A stretch of 64,000 nucleotides of DNA from an uncultured Clostridia bacterium (GTDB taxonomy: Bacteria > Bacillota > Clostridia > TANB77 > CAG-508), in assembly GCA_944386135.1 (NCBI GenBank), contig CALWZW010000003.1, forward strand, positions 19,128-83,127. Reading direction: 5' to 3'. The first letter of the stretch is position 1, and every line of letters begins with the position of its first letter. Position numbers and translations under genes: made by a program. Positions 54,082 through 64,000 of this stretch are shown one piece after another. The notes beneath the pieces were generated by a model. It was not told where the DNA came from, did not search any database, and saw nothing but the letters and a program-made list of their open reading frames with translations.

Positions 54082-55323
54082 ATGGAAAGACGTGTAGTAG
54101 TAACAGGACTAGGAGCAGTAACTCCTATAGGAAACAATGTAGAAGAATTTTGGAAAGGAATAAAGGAAAGTAAATGTGGAGTAGATGAAATTACTCTTTT
54201 TGACACAAGTAAATTCAAAGTAAAGCTAGCAGCAGAAGTTAAAAATTTTAACGTAGAAGACCATTTTGATAGAAAAGCGGCTAAAAGATTAGATAGATTT
54301 TCACATTTTGCATTGGTTGCTGCAAGAGAATTAATGAAAGACAGTAAATTAAATGTCGAAGAAACAGATATGACAAGATTTGGAGTAGCTGTAAGTTCTG
54401 GAATAGGTGGACTTCAAACAATAGAAGATAACAAAGTACTACTAGAGGAAAAAGGACCAGATAGAGTATCTCCAATGTTTATACCAATGTCAATTAGTAA
54501 TATGGCAGCAGGAAATATATCAATCGAGATAGGTGCTAAAGGAGAAAGCTTTGGAATGGTTACAGCATGTGCAAGCGCAACACATACAATAGGAGAATGC
54601 TATAGAATAATAAAACATGGTTATCAAGATTTAATGATAGCAGGAGGAACAGAAGCATCTATTACTCCAATAGGAATAGCAGGCTTCACAAATATAAAAG
54701 CTTTATCAACATCTACAGATAAAGAAAGAGCAAGTATCCCATTTGATAAAGAAAGAAACGGATTTGTAATGGGAGAAGGAGCAGGATTAATATTACTTGA
54801 AGAATATGAACATGCCAAAAAGAGAAATGCAAAAATTTATGCAGAAATAGTTGGATATGGTGCAACATCTGATGCATATCATATAACATCTCCAGCACCT
54901 GATGGAGAAGGTGGAGCAAGAGCAATGAAAATTGCAATGGAAGATGCTAAAATAACACCAGAACAATTAGATTACATAAATGCACATGGAACATCAACAC
55001 CATTAAACGAAAAATTTGAGACAATAGCAATTAAAAAAGCATTAGGAGAAGAAGCTTCTAAAAAAGTAATGGTAAGCTCAACAAAAGGAAACACAGGACA
55101 CTTACTTGGAGGAGCTGGTGGAATAGAAGCAGTAGCTACAATTAAAGCAATAGAAGATAGCTTCGTTCCTCCAACAATTGGATACAAAGTACCTGATGAA
55201 GACTGTGACTTAGACATAGTTCCAAATAAAGGAAGAAAAGCAGATATAAAATACGCGATGTCAGATTCACTTGGATTTGGTGGACATAATAGTGCTATTA
55301 TATTTAAGAAATGGGAGGAATAA
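54082..55323 (+). CDS. fabF: 3-oxoacyl-ACP synthase II
   Basis: KAS II motifs TACASATH, HGTSTP.N and GHLLGGAG. Confidence 0.9.
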   Translation: MERRVVVTGLGAVTPIGNNVEEFWKGIKESKCGVDEITLFDTSKFKVKLAAEVKNFNVEDHFDRKAAKRLDRFSHFALVAARELMKDSKLNVEETDMTRFGVAVSSGIGGLQTIEDNKVLLEEKGPDRVSPMFIPMSISNMAAGNISIEIGAKGESFGMVTACASATHTIGECYRIIKHGYQDLMIAGGTEASITPIGIAGFTNIKALSTSTDKERASIPFDKERNGFVMGEGAGLILLEEYEHAKKRNAKIYAEIVGYGATSDAYHITSPAPDGEGGARAMKIAMEDAKITPEQLDYINAHGTSTPLNEKFETIAIKKALGEEASKKVMVSSTKGNTGHLLGGAGGIEAVATIKAIEDSFVPPTIGYKVPDEDCDLDIVPNKGRKADIKYAMSDSLGFGGHNSAIIFKKWEE

Positions 55324-55324
55324 A

Positions 55325-55765
55325 ATGGAATATAAAGAATTTAAAAATATCGTAAAAGATATGGAAGAGTCTAACTTATCTGAATTATCAATAGAGTTTC
55401 CAGACGGAACAAAGATAAGTTTAAAAAAAGATAATGTGGTAAAATCAGTACCTGTACAAAATATTGCACCTTCTGTAGAAAATACAATAACTGTAAATGA
55501 AAAAGCACAAGAAGAAAAAGACAAAGAAGATTGCAAAATAGTAAAATCTCCAATGGTAGGTACATTTTATTCAAAACCTTCTCCAACAGCTGAAAGCTTT
55601 GTTACAGTTGGACAAAAGGTTAAAAAAGGTGATGTCCTTTGTATAATAGAGGCTATGAAGCTTATGAACGAGATAGAGTCAGAATTTGACGGGGAAATAG
55701 CAGAGGTTCTTGTTAATGACGGAGATGCAGTTGATTTTGATAAGCCATTATTTAAGATTAAATAG
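55325..55765 (+). CDS. accB: Biotin carboxyl carrier protein
   Basis: Biotinyl-lysine motif EAMKLMNEIE near the C-terminus. Confidence 0.9.
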   Translation: MEYKEFKNIVKDMEESNLSELSIEFPDGTKISLKKDNVVKSVPVQNIAPSVENTITVNEKAQEEKDKEDCKIVKSPMVGTFYSKPSPTAESFVTVGQKVKKGDVLCIIEAMKLMNEIESEFDGEIAEVLVNDGDAVDFDKPLFKIK

Positions 55766-55771
55766 AATAGT

Positions 55772-55912
55772 ATTTCCGCCTACATTTTTGAGTAATATTT
55801 ATAATTTTATCGTTCCTTGCTGGCTTCGCCACTCGCCTACGGTCACTCCCACTCTGGGAGCCTCGACTTTGCGTCACTTCAAAAATTAGAAATATTACTC
55901 AAAAACGGCTAG
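55772..55912 (+). repeat. Palindromic intergenic element, copy E5 (module C), inside the fab/acc cluster
   Basis: atttccgcctacatttttgagtaatatttataatttt...aaaaattagaaatattactcaaaaacggctag, with a GC-rich core. About 88% identical by eye to 62543-62682. Confidence 0.85.
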
Positions 55913-55945
55913 TTTTGATAAAATATATTTTTAGTTTATTTAACA

Positions 55946-56389
55946 ATGGAAAGGAAAGATTTAGAAATGTTAGATATAAAAGAAATAATGGAAATAATTC
56001 CACAAAGAGCACCATTTCTTATGATAGACAGAGTTGAAGAATATGTTCCAGGAGAAAGCGCTGTGGCGTATAAAAATGTTTGTATAAATGAATGGTATTT
56101 CCAAGGACATTTCCCAGGAGAGCCAATTATGCCAGGAGTACTTATTACAGAAGCACTAGCTCAAACAGGAGCGATAGCAATACTTTCTCTTCCTGAAAAT
56201 AAAGGAAAAAATGCTTTATTTGGGGGAATTGATAAATTACGTTTTAAGCAAAAAGTAGTTCCAGGAGATGTGTTAAAACTTGAGGTTAAAATAATAAAAA
56301 GCAAAGGACCAGTAGGAGTTGGAGAAGCTGTTGCAACTGTCAATGGGAAGGTTGCGGCTAGAGGGGAGTTAACCTTTGCACTAGTATAA
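55946..56389 (+). CDS. fabZ: 3-hydroxyacyl-ACP dehydratase FabZ
   Basis: [12 protein letters not shown]-like [12 protein letters not shown] and [13 protein letters not shown] motifs. The alternative start at 55967 is perhaps more likely. Confidence 0.9.
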   Translation: MERKDLEMLDIKEIMEIIPQRAPFLMIDRVEEYVPGESAVAYKNVCINEWYFQGHFPGEPIMPGVLITEALAQTGAIAILSLPENKGKNALFGGIDKLRFKQKVVPGDVLKLEVKIIKSKGPVGVGEAVATVNGKVAARGELTFALV

Positions 56390-56559
56390 GTTGAAAAATA
56401 ATTGCGTTTTGGCGTTGTCAGACTACAAAAGAAAATCCGGCTTTGCGTACTGACGCTGTAACAGGCAAAGCCTTAACAGCCTCAGCATCAGCGTACAGCA
56501 AGTACGCTTCCGGTATTTCTTTTTTGTCTTCCTAGCCAAAAGCACAATTCTTTTCCAAC
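56390..56559. repeat. Palindromic intergenic element, copy E6 (arms of E7, core module B), inside the fab/acc cluster
   Basis: gttgaaaaataattgcgttttggcgttg.../...cctagccaaaagcacaattcttttccaac. The core gcgtactgacgctgtaacaggcaaagccttaacagc is shared with E3. Confidence 0.8.
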
Positions 56560-56598
56560 TTAAGTTTGAAATTTTAGGGAAGGAATGAGAAAAAAACA

Positions 56599-57947
56599 AT
56601 GCTAAATAAAATTTTAATTGCAAACCGTGGAGAAATTGCTGTTAGAATAATTAGAGCCTGCAAAGAAATGAATATAAAAACAGTAGCAGTATATTCAACT
56701 GCTGATGCTAATGCAATGCATGTTAAACTTGCAGATGAAGCAATATGCATCGGAGAAGCACCTGCACACAAAAGTTATTTGAATATTCAAGCAATCCTTG
56801 AAGCTGCAAATATAACTGGTGCAGATGGCATACATCCAGGATTCGGATTTCTTTCAGAAAATGCTAGATTTGCTAAAATTTGTGAAGAATGCAATATAAA
56901 ATTTATACGGACCTTCTTATGAGGTAATTAATTTAATGGGAAATAAAGCAAATAGCAAAGATTGCATGAAAAAAGCAGGAGTTCCAGTAATTCCAGGTTC
57001 AGAAGGAGCAATAAAAAGTATAGTAGATGCAATAGAAATTGCTAAGAAAATAAAATATCCAGTAATATTAAAAGCATCAGCTGGAGGTGGAGGAAAAGGC
57101 ATAAGAATAGTTCAAAAAGAGGAAGAACTTGAAAATGCATATAATATAATAAAACAAGAAGCAAAAGCTGCTTTCAATGATGATGAAATATATATGGAGA
57201 AATACATAGAAAATCCGAGACATGTAGAAATACAAGTGCTTGCGGATGAACATGACAATAGCATATATTTAGGAGAAAGAGACTGTTCAATTCAAAGAAG
57301 AAATCAAAAAATATTAGAAGAAAGCCCATCTAGCATACTTACAAGTGAACTAAGAACTAAAATGGGTAAAGCAGCTTTAAAAGCTGTAAAGGCTTCTAAA
57401 TATACAAATGCACGGAACAGTTGAATTCTTAGTAGATAAAAATAAAGATTTCTATTTTATGGAAATGAATACTAGAATACAAGTTGAACATCCAGTAACA
57501 GAAATGATTACAGGGGTAGATATAGTAAAAGAACAAATAAAAATAGCATCAGGAGAAAAGCTAAGCTTAAAACAATCAGATGTTAAAATAGAAGGACACA
57601 GCATAGAATGTAGAATAAATGCAGAGAACCCAGATAAAAACTTTAGACCTTGCCCAGGAGAAATAAAAGGATTAAACCTTCCAGGAGGAAACGGAGTAAG
57701 AATAGATACAGCAATGTATACAGGTTATACAATTCCTCCAATGTATGATTCTATGATAGCAAAACTTATAGTTCATGGAAAAGATAGGCAAGAAGCAATT
57801 GCAAAAATGAGGAGAGCATTAGAAGAATGTGTTGTAGACGGAATAGATACAAATATAGATTTCCTTTTAAAAATAATTGAAAATAAAGCATTTAAAGAAG
57901 GAAAATTTGATACGTCATTTGTTGCAAAAGAATTTAATCTAAAGTAG
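56599..57947 (+). CDS. accC: Biotin carboxylase; two CGGN +1 steps
   Basis: [16 protein letters not shown], then [16 protein letters not shown], then [30 protein letters not shown]. Extra C at 56908 and 57413. Corrected length is 1347 nt. Confidence 0.9.
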
Positions 57948-57963
57948 AAAGAAGGGAAAAAAT

Positions 57964-58803
57964 TTGGTAATAGACAAAATAAAGAAGAGAGAAGAACCAG
58001 AAGAAGATAAAAAATATTCTAAACCAGATATACCTGTTGGGAAATGGATAAAATGCGAAAAATGTAAAGAAATTTTGTATAAAGAGATAGTAAGAGAAAA
58101 TTACAGTGTATGTCCAAACTGCGGAAATCATTTTAGACTATCTAGTAGAAGAAGAATTGCTCAAATTATAGATGAAGGGACTTTTGAAGAGTTTAAGCTT
58201 AATATAGAAACAGTAAATCCATTAGGAATGGATTCATATATTAAGAAGATGGAAACAATAAGAGAAAAAACAGGGATAGACGAAGCAGTAAAATGTGGAA
58301 CTGGAAATATTAATGGAGAAAAAGTTGTAATATGTGTAATGGATGGAAATTTCCTTATGGGAAGTATGGGAAGTGTCGTAGGAGAAAAGATAACATATTC
58401 AATAGAAAAGGCAATTGAACTTAAATTACCATTAATTATATTTAGTGTATCAGGTGGAGCTAGAATGCAAGAAGGAATAATCTCATTAATGCAAATGGCA
58501 AAAACTTCAGCTGCAATCGCAAAACTAGATGAGGCAGGACTTTTATACATATCAGTTTTAACAGACCCAACTTATGGCGGAGTTACAGCATCATTTGCAA
58601 GTCTTGGGGATATAATACTTGCAGAACCACATGCAATGATAGGCTTTGCTGGAAGAAGAGTAATTGAACAAACAATAAAACAAGAATTACCAGAAGAATT
58701 TCAAACATCAGAATTTTTACTAGAACATGGATTTATAGATAAAGTAGTAGAAAGAAAAGATATGAAAGACACAATACATAAACTACTTTTATTAAATAAA
58801 TAG
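57964..58803 (+). CDS. accD: Acetyl-CoA carboxylase carboxyltransferase beta subunit
   Basis: Zn-ribbon CEKC..CPNCG followed by the GGARMQEG motif. Start codon uncertain (TTG at 57964). Confidence 0.85.
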   Translation: MVIDKIKKREEPEEDKKYSKPDIPVGKWIKCEKCKEILYKEIVRENYSVCPNCGNHFRLSSRRRIAQIIDEGTFEEFKLNIETVNPLGMDSYIKKMETIREKTGIDEAVKCGTGNINGEKVVICVMDGNFLMGSMGSVVGEKITYSIEKAIELKLPLIIFSVSGGARMQEGIISLMQMAKTSAAIAKLDEAGLLYISVLTDPTYGGVTASFASLGDIILAEPHAMIGFAGRRVIEQTIKQELPEEFQTSEFLLEHGFIDKVVERKDMKDTIHKLLLLNK

Positions 58804-58823
58804 GAAAGGGATGAAGATTAAAT

Positions 58824-59633
58824 ATGCCAAATAATTTAACTGCATGGGATAGAGTACAAATTGTAAGAGCGCAGGATAGACCAACAGCTTTGGACTATAT
58901 AGATAATATATTTGATGAATTTATAGAGCTTCATGGCGATAGAAAATTTTCTGATGATAAGGCAACAGTTTGTGGACTAGCAAGACTAGAAAACACAAAT
59001 TTTACGGTAATAGCACAACAAAAAGGTAGAAACACAAAGGAAAATATAGAAAGAAATTTTGGTATGCCAAAGCCAGAAGGCTATAGAAAATCGTTTAGAT
59101 TTATGAAACAGGCAGAAAAGTTCAATAGACCTATTATAACTTTCATAGATACAAAAGGAGCATATCCAGGACTTGGAGCAGAAGAAAGAGGTCAAGGAGA
59201 AGCTATAGCAAGCAGTATGTTTGAAATGTCAAGATTGAAAGTTCCAATAATTGTAGTTGTAATAGGAGAAGGATCAAGCGGTGGTGCACTTGCTATAGGA
59301 GTTGGAGATAAAATATTGATGCTTGAAAATGCAATATATTCAATCCTTTCTCCAGAAGGATATGCAAGTATACTTTGGAAAGATAGCGGAAGAGCAAAAG
59401 AAGCTGCAGAAGTTATGAAAATGACAGCAAAAGACTTGCTAGACCTTAAAGTAATTGATAAAATAATAAAAGAACCAAAAGGCGGAGCACAAGAAGATGT
59501 AAAGAAAATGTCAGAAGAAATAAAGAAAGAAATCGTATCTTCATATTTAAGTTTAAAAGACATAGATGAAGATACATTAGTTGCTTCAAGATATGAAAAA
59601 TTTAGAAATATGGGAGAATATATTAGAAAATAA
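58824..59633 (+). CDS. accA: Acetyl-CoA carboxylase carboxyltransferase alpha subunit
   Basis: [20 protein letters not shown] and GEG.SGGALA motifs. Confidence 0.9.
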   Translation: MPNNLTAWDRVQIVRAQDRPTALDYIDNIFDEFIELHGDRKFSDDKATVCGLARLENTNFTVIAQQKGRNTKENIERNFGMPKPEGYRKSFRFMKQAEKFNRPIITFIDTKGAYPGLGAEERGQGEAIASSMFEMSRLKVPIIVVVIGEGSSGGALAIGVGDKILMLENAIYSILSPEGYASILWKDSGRAKEAAEVMKMTAKDLLDLKVIDKIIKEPKGGAQEDVKKMSEEIKKEIVSSYLSLKDIDEDTLVASRYEKFRNMGEYIRK

Positions 59634-59649
59634 TTTAGGAGGTAAAAAA

Positions 59650-60420
59650 ATGTTATTAGAAAACAAAAAAATATTAATAATGGGAATTAGAAACAAATGG
59701 AGCATAGCTTGGGGAGCTGCAAAAATGGCAGCTGAAAATGGAGCTGAATTAATATTTACATTCATGGGAGAAGAAAACAGAGAAAAAATCGAAGAACTTT
59801 TATCAGAAATACCATATAAAAAAGCATATAGCTGTGATGCATCAAGTGATGAAGATATAAAGAGAGTATTTACAGAAATAAAAGCAGAATTTGGAAAAAT
59901 AGATGGAATATTACATAGTATTGCACATGCCAATACAGAAGATTTAAGAAATCCATTTATAAATACTTCAAAAGAAGGCTTTGCACATGCAAACGACGTA
60001 AGTGCTTATTCTTTTGTTGCAGTTGCAAGAATTGCTAAAGAATTAGATATATTAAACGAAGAAGCAAGTCTTGTTTCACTTACATATTATGGTTCAACAA
60101 AAGTTCTTGAAGGATATAATGTAATGGGGGTTGCAAAAGCAGCTCTTGAATGTAGTGTAAGATATTTAGCAGATAATTTAGGCCCAGAAGGAATAAGAGT
60201 AAATGCAGTATCAGCAGGACCAATAAAAACACTATCTGCAAAAGGAATAAAAGATTTCAATTCAATGCTTGGAATAGTAGAACAAAGAGCACCATTAAGA
60301 AGAAATGTAACTCAAGAAGAAGTTGGAAATGCAGTAGTATTTATGCTAAGCAACATGTCAAGAGCAATAACAGGTCAAGTTGTTTATGCGGATAATGGAT
60401 ATAATATCATGGGTATGTAA
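59650..60420 (+). CDS. fabI: Enoyl-ACP reductase FabI
   Basis: SDR-type FabI with IMGI.NK.SIAWG, Y..MGVAKAALE and SAGPIKTLSA. RBS aggagg lies upstream of the ATG at 59650. Confidence 0.85.
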   Translation: MLLENKKILIMGIRNKWSIAWGAAKMAAENGAELIFTFMGEENREKIEELLSEIPYKKAYSCDASSDEDIKRVFTEIKAEFGKIDGILHSIAHANTEDLRNPFINTSKEGFAHANDVSAYSFVAVARIAKELDILNEEASLVSLTYYGSTKVLEGYNVMGVAKAALECSVRYLADNLGPEGIRVNAVSAGPIKTLSAKGIKDFNSMLGIVEQRAPLRRNVTQEEVGNAVVFMLSNMSRAITGQVVYADNGYNIMGM

Positions 60421-60547
60421 AAAATTGAAAAATAATTGCGTTTTGGCGTTGTTGGACTGCAAAAGAAAATCCTCAACGTGCAAAAGCACGCCTCCGGTAT
60501 TTCTTTTTTGTCCGCCTAGCCAAAAGCACAATTCTTTTTCAATTTTA
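60421..60547. repeat. Palindromic intergenic element, copy E7
   Basis: Starts at the first base after the fabI stop. Arms aaaattgaaaaataattgcgttttggcg/cctagccaaaagcacaattctttttcaatttt, with apical tcaacgtgcaaaagcacgcctc. Confidence 0.8.
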
Positions 60548-60556
60548 ATTATCTAA

Positions 60557-60700
60557 AGAAAAGTAACTATTTAATTTTAAGTGAACCCGCGCAGCGACCA
60601 ACGGAGCTGAAAGCGACGGCGAGTGGTGCAGACTTCTTATTATATTATTTTAAAGTCTGCACCAGCAAGGGGAACGTCAAAATTCAATAGTTACTTTTCT
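60557..60700. repeat. Palindromic intergenic element, copy E8 (module C core in inverted orientation)
   Basis: Arms agaaaagtaactatt/aatagttacttttct. The core ...ggcgagtgg...ccagcaagggg aacg matches the reverse complement of the E5/E9 core, with an extra hairpin tgcagact...agtctgca. Confidence 0.7.
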
Positions 60701-60713
60701 TATTTCTTATTAT

Positions 60714-60741
60714 ATAAAAAAATAACCGAGATTTTCTCGGC
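60714..60741 (-). terminator. Rho-independent terminator of rpsT
   Basis: The minus strand reads agccgag aaaat ctcggtt followed by a T-run. Confidence 0.75.
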
Positions 60742-60766
60742 TATGTACATGTACAAATATATTATC

Positions 60767-61033
60767 TTAAGCCTTTGCAGCGTTAAGTTTTTTTGCTAAA
60801 TTAGATTTTTTTCTAGCAGCAGTATTTTTTACAATAACACCTTTGCTACAAGCTTGGTCTATTTTTTTAGTAGCTTCTACAAATAGAGTTTCAGCAGAAG
60901 CAACATCTCCAGCTTCTATTGCATTTTCAAACTTTTTAACAGCTGTTTTGTAGCTAGATTTAATCATATTGTTTTCCATTGTCTTTTTCTCGATAATCTT
61001 TGTTCTCTTAATAGCTGATTTAATATTTGGCAT
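60767..61033 (-). CDS. rpsT: 30S ribosomal protein S20
   Basis: [18 protein letters not shown]... is the canonical S20 N-terminus. Confidence 0.95.
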   Translation of the reverse strand: MPNIKSAIKRTKIIEKKTMENNMIKSSYKTAVKKFENAIEAGDVASAETLFVEATKKIDQACSKGVIVKNTAARKKSNLAKKLNAAKA

Positions 61034-61205
61034 ATCCTATGTTGCACCTCCGATCTTTAATTTCTAAACTATATCGCATAATATAATACCATAAAATTCA
61101 AGCAAATGCAATACAAAACTAAAAAAAAGATTAAAAAATAAGCTTTAATACAAAAATAGCAAGAAGATATTAAACTCTCCTTACTATTTTTGTATTAGAT
61201 TAGCT

Positions 61206-61580
61206 TTACATTTCTTGATCGCCAGGTATAAAGTAATCGATTACACCGTATATAAGTGCACCAATTATTGCAGCCATCCAAGATATTGAGTATCCAGCGA
61301 CAAAGTACTGTGTTACATATAAAGTAATAACAGCTAGAACAAATCCTACAAAACCTTTACCAAAAGGACTTGCATGTAAACCAGTAAACTTTATTATTAA
61401 ATAGTCCATTACAGTTAAAACTATAGCAGCTAACCCTAAAGACCAAATATTATTTATAGAAAATCCGGGTGTAAAAAATGCGGTTACTCCTAGAACTATA
61501 GCAGCTACAACAAGTCTACCGATGATTTGCCAAGCAGTGCTTCCAGTGTTACTTCTTGAACTTGCTTGATTATTGTCCAT
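61206..61580 (-). CDS. Four-TM phage-holin-family-4-like membrane protein
   Basis: Four hydrophobic helices, with the pattern GRLVVAAIVLGVTAFFTPGF..IWSLGLAAIVL typical of PF04020-type proteins. Confidence 0.6.
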   Translation of the reverse strand: MDNNQASSRSNTGSTAWQIIGRLVVAAIVLGVTAFFTPGFSINNIWSLGLAAIVLTVMDYLIIKFTGLHASPFGKGFVGFVLAVITLYVTQYFVAGYSISWMAAIIGALIYGVIDYFIPGDQEM

Positions 61581-61828
61581 TGTTTTTTGTCCCCCTTAAT
61601 TTAAATGTGCATTGAAAATTTACTTTTGCAAATTTTCAAATAACAACTCTTTGCACCTTATAAAATTGAAGTTAATAAAATTTTATAAAATGCAGTTTGT
61701 TAAGAAAGAAAAATCTTTCGAATATATTATGAACTAAAAAATTTTTTTTATTCAAAATAGAATATTTTAAAAACAAAATGATAAAAATAAGAAAAATGGC
61801 TAAAAAATTAAATTAAAGGTGAGAGTTT

Positions 61829-62509
61829 ATGCTAGTTACATTTATAAGGTCAATTGTGCTATATATAATTATTTTAATTGTAATGAGACTTATGGGAAAA
61901 AGAGAAATAGGACAACTTCAACCATTCGAACTTGTCATTGCAATTATGATAGCAGATTTAGCATCAATACCAATGACAGAAGTTGGAATTCCTATTCAAA
62001 ATGGAATAATACCAATACTTGGGCTTTTAGTTATGCATTTAATAATTTCTGTAATTAATATGAAAAGCATACGTACAAGAGAAATTATATGTGGAAAACC
62101 AACAATGCTTGTATACAGAGGAAAAATAAATGAAAAAGCACTTAGAAGAGAAAGATTTACAATAAATGAATTGGAAGAAAGATTAAGAGGAAATAACATA
62201 AATTCATTAGGAGATGTGGAATATGCTATTCTTGAAACAAGTGGAGGACTTAGTGTAATTCCAAAGCCAAGCAAAAGAAACACTATACCAGAAGATTTTG
62301 GAATAGAGCCAGAATATGAAGGGATACCTTATGATTTAGTTATAGATGGAGTTATAATGACAGAAAATTTAAAGATAATAGGACGAGATGAGAATTGGCT
62401 TAAAAAGGAAGTTTCAAAATTTGGAATAAATCCTAAGCAAGCTTTAGTTGTAACTTTAGATGGAAAGGGACAAATTTTCTGCCAAAAGAAAAGCAAATTT
62501 GAAAAATAA
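61829..62509 (+). CDS. DUF421 (YetF-like) membrane protein
   Basis: RLMGKREIGQLQPFELV signature and a C-terminal soluble domain. Confidence 0.75.
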   Translation: MLVTFIRSIVLYIIILIVMRLMGKREIGQLQPFELVIAIMIADLASIPMTEVGIPIQNGIIPILGLLVMHLIISVINMKSIRTREIICGKPTMLVYRGKINEKALRRERFTINELEERLRGNNINSLGDVEYAILETSGGLSVIPKPSKRNTIPEDFGIEPEYEGIPYDLVIDGVIMTENLKIIGRDENWLKKEVSKFGINPKQALVVTLDGKGQIFCQKKSKFEK

Positions 62510-62542
62510 ACTTGTCAAAAATGCTTTCACAACAATGGCACA

Positions 62543-62682
62543 ATTTCCGCCTACCTTTTGGAGTAATATTTATAATTTTATCGTTCCTTACTGGCTTCGC
62601 CACTCACCTATGGTCATTCCCACTCGGGGAGCCTCACTGCGCATCACTTCAAAAATTAGAAATATTACTCCAAAACGGCTAG
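62543..62682 (+). repeat. Palindromic intergenic element, copy E9 (module C)
   Basis: Near-duplicate of 55772-55912, in the same orientation. Confidence 0.85.
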
Positions 62683-62760
62683 ATATATATTATTAATATT
62701 TTTATCTTTGTGCCATTTTTCTACATTTTTATTGGCAAAATATTAAAAGAGGTATAAATT

Positions 62761-63144
62761 ATGAAAAAAGAAATAATTATATGTGTAATCGTTATTATAA
62801 TTGTTATTGCGCTAAATGTATTTTCAGAAAAGTTTACAAACAAAATAATGGATGACATTATAACAAATTTAAAAAATGTTCGAGAAGCATTACTTACAGA
62901 AAATGAAGAACAGATGCGAGAAAACATAGAAAAAGTAAATAACGAATGGGAGGAAAACAAAAGTAAACTAAGTATTTATATAGAGCATGATGAACTAGAG
63001 AAAATTGAAATGTACATGGTAGAATTAAATACTCATATAGAAACTAAAGAGTATAATATGGCAATAGAATCATTGGATGTAGGAGTATTTATAATAGAAC
63101 ATACAAAAGATAAGTATAAGTTATCGCTAAAAAACATATTTTAG
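62761..63144 (+). CDS. DUF4363-family protein
   Basis: N-terminal TM helix followed by a helical domain. Adjacent to DUF421, as is commonly seen. Confidence 0.6.
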   Translation: MKKEIIICVIVIIIVIALNVFSEKFTNKIMDDIITNLKNVREALLTENEEQMRENIEKVNNEWEENKSKLSIYIEHDELEKIEMYMVELNTHIETKEYNMAIESLDVGVFIIEHTKDKYKLSLKNIF

Positions 63145-63153
63145 ATAATAGTT

Positions 63154-63197
63154 AAAGGTTTGAAAATGATTAGAAAGGGTATTTTCAAACCTTTTCT
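63154..63197 (+). terminator. Rho-independent terminator
   Basis: aaaggtttgaaaat ... attttcaaaccttt followed by tc tt. Confidence 0.65.
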
Positions 63198-63261
63198 TGA
63201 TTTTTAGGTGGTTTTGATATATAATATTATATATTTTGAAATCGGAAGGAATGTAAAGCTT

Positions 63262-64000
63262 ATGAATGATAACGAAAACAACGAACTAGAGCAAGATGTT
63301 AATCATCTTATACAAATTAGAAAAGAAAAATTAAATGAACTTATAGAAAATGGAAAAAATCCATTTGAAATTACTAAATTCAATAGAACCAATACAGCAG
63401 GAGAAATAAAATCAAATTATGAAAAATTTGAACAAAAAGATGTAACTGTCGCAGGAAGAATTATTGCTAAAAGAATTATGGGAAAGGCATCATTTTGTAC
63501 AATTCAAGATTGTGATGAGAAAATTCAAAGCTATGTTAGTATTAATGATTTAGGAGAAGAGAGTTATAAAGCATTTAAAACTTTTGACATTGGAGATATT
63601 ATAGGAATAACTGGTTTTGTGTTTAAAACAAGAACAGAAGAAATATCTGTGCATGCAAAAGAAATAACATTACTTTCTAAATCACTAAGACCACTTCCTG
63701 AAAAATTTCATGGATTAAAAGATATGGATTTAAGATATCGCCAAAGATATGTCGATTTAATTATGAACCCAGAAGTAAAGCAAACATTTATATTAAGAAG
63801 CAAAATTTTAAAAGAAATCAGAAACTTTATGGATGAGCAAGGATATATGGAAGTAGAAACACCAATGCTTACAACTGTTGCAACAGGAGATGCTGCAAGA
63901 CCATTTATCACACATCACAATACATTAGATTTACAAATGTATTTAAGAATTGCACCAGAATTAAACTTAAAAAGATTAATTGTTGGTGGATTTGACAAAG
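63262..64000 (+). CDS. lysS: Lysine--tRNA ligase, class II (3' end cut by window edge)
   Basis: [19 protein letters not shown]-fold region [14 protein letters not shown], and [12 protein letters not shown] motifs. Confidence 0.9.
   Translation, partial: MNDNENNELEQDVNHLIQIRKEKLNELIENGKNPFEITKFNRTNTAGEIKSNYEKFEQKDVTVAGRIIAKRIMGKASFCTIQDCDEKIQSYVSINDLGEESYKAFKTFDIGDIIGITGFVFKTRTEEISVHAKEITLLSKSLRPLPEKFHGLKDMDLRYRQRYVDLIMNPEVKQTFILRSKILKEIRNFMDEQGYMEVETPMLTTVATGDAARPFITHHNTLDLQMYLRIAPELNLKRLIVGGFDK

Noticed and set aside
61206-61580. Holin-family protein as evidence of a prophage
   Set aside because: It is isolated. No endolysin, terminase, capsid or integrase genes lie nearby, and this 4-TM family is common as a chromosomal membrane protein.

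Overview
AT-rich (about 30% GC by eye) chromosomal segment of a spore-forming, Clostridia-like Firmicute. All calls come from reading the ORF translations and the DNA by eye; no tools were run. Gene content is mostly housekeeping: radA-disA, purL, trmB, two pseudouridine synthases, a gerA-type germinant receptor operon, dut, a short alaS, spoVB, lexA, dxs, a Lon-like protease, rimI-tsaB-tsaE, serS, engB, proS, folD, dprA, a fabH-fabD-fabG-fabF-accB-fabZ-accC-accD-accA-fabI cluster, rpsT and lysS. It also holds one IS, a small GC-rich foreign islet, two tRNAs and a mosaic family of long palindromic intergenic repeats. Headline: 20 conserved genes, several of them essential, look frameshifted. 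All 45 breaks have one identical signature: a single extra C immediately 5' of an in-frame Gly codon on the coding strand (NNN-C-GGN). Reading CGGN as a 4-nt Gly codon, or shifting +1 at CGG, restores every gene and a family-conserved glycine. I found no native gene that needs in-frame CGG to be read as Arg. The window also encodes an atypical tRNA-Gly-like gene (42188-42261, minus strand). Its anticodon arm reads UCC followed by G37 and can refold into an 8-nt loop CU-UCCG-AC, giving a 4-base anticodon UCCG complementary to CGGA. Together these point to natural quadruplet or +1 decoding of an otherwise unassigned CGG codon. The competing explanation is a highly systematic sequence artefact, which must be excluded with raw reads and proteomics.
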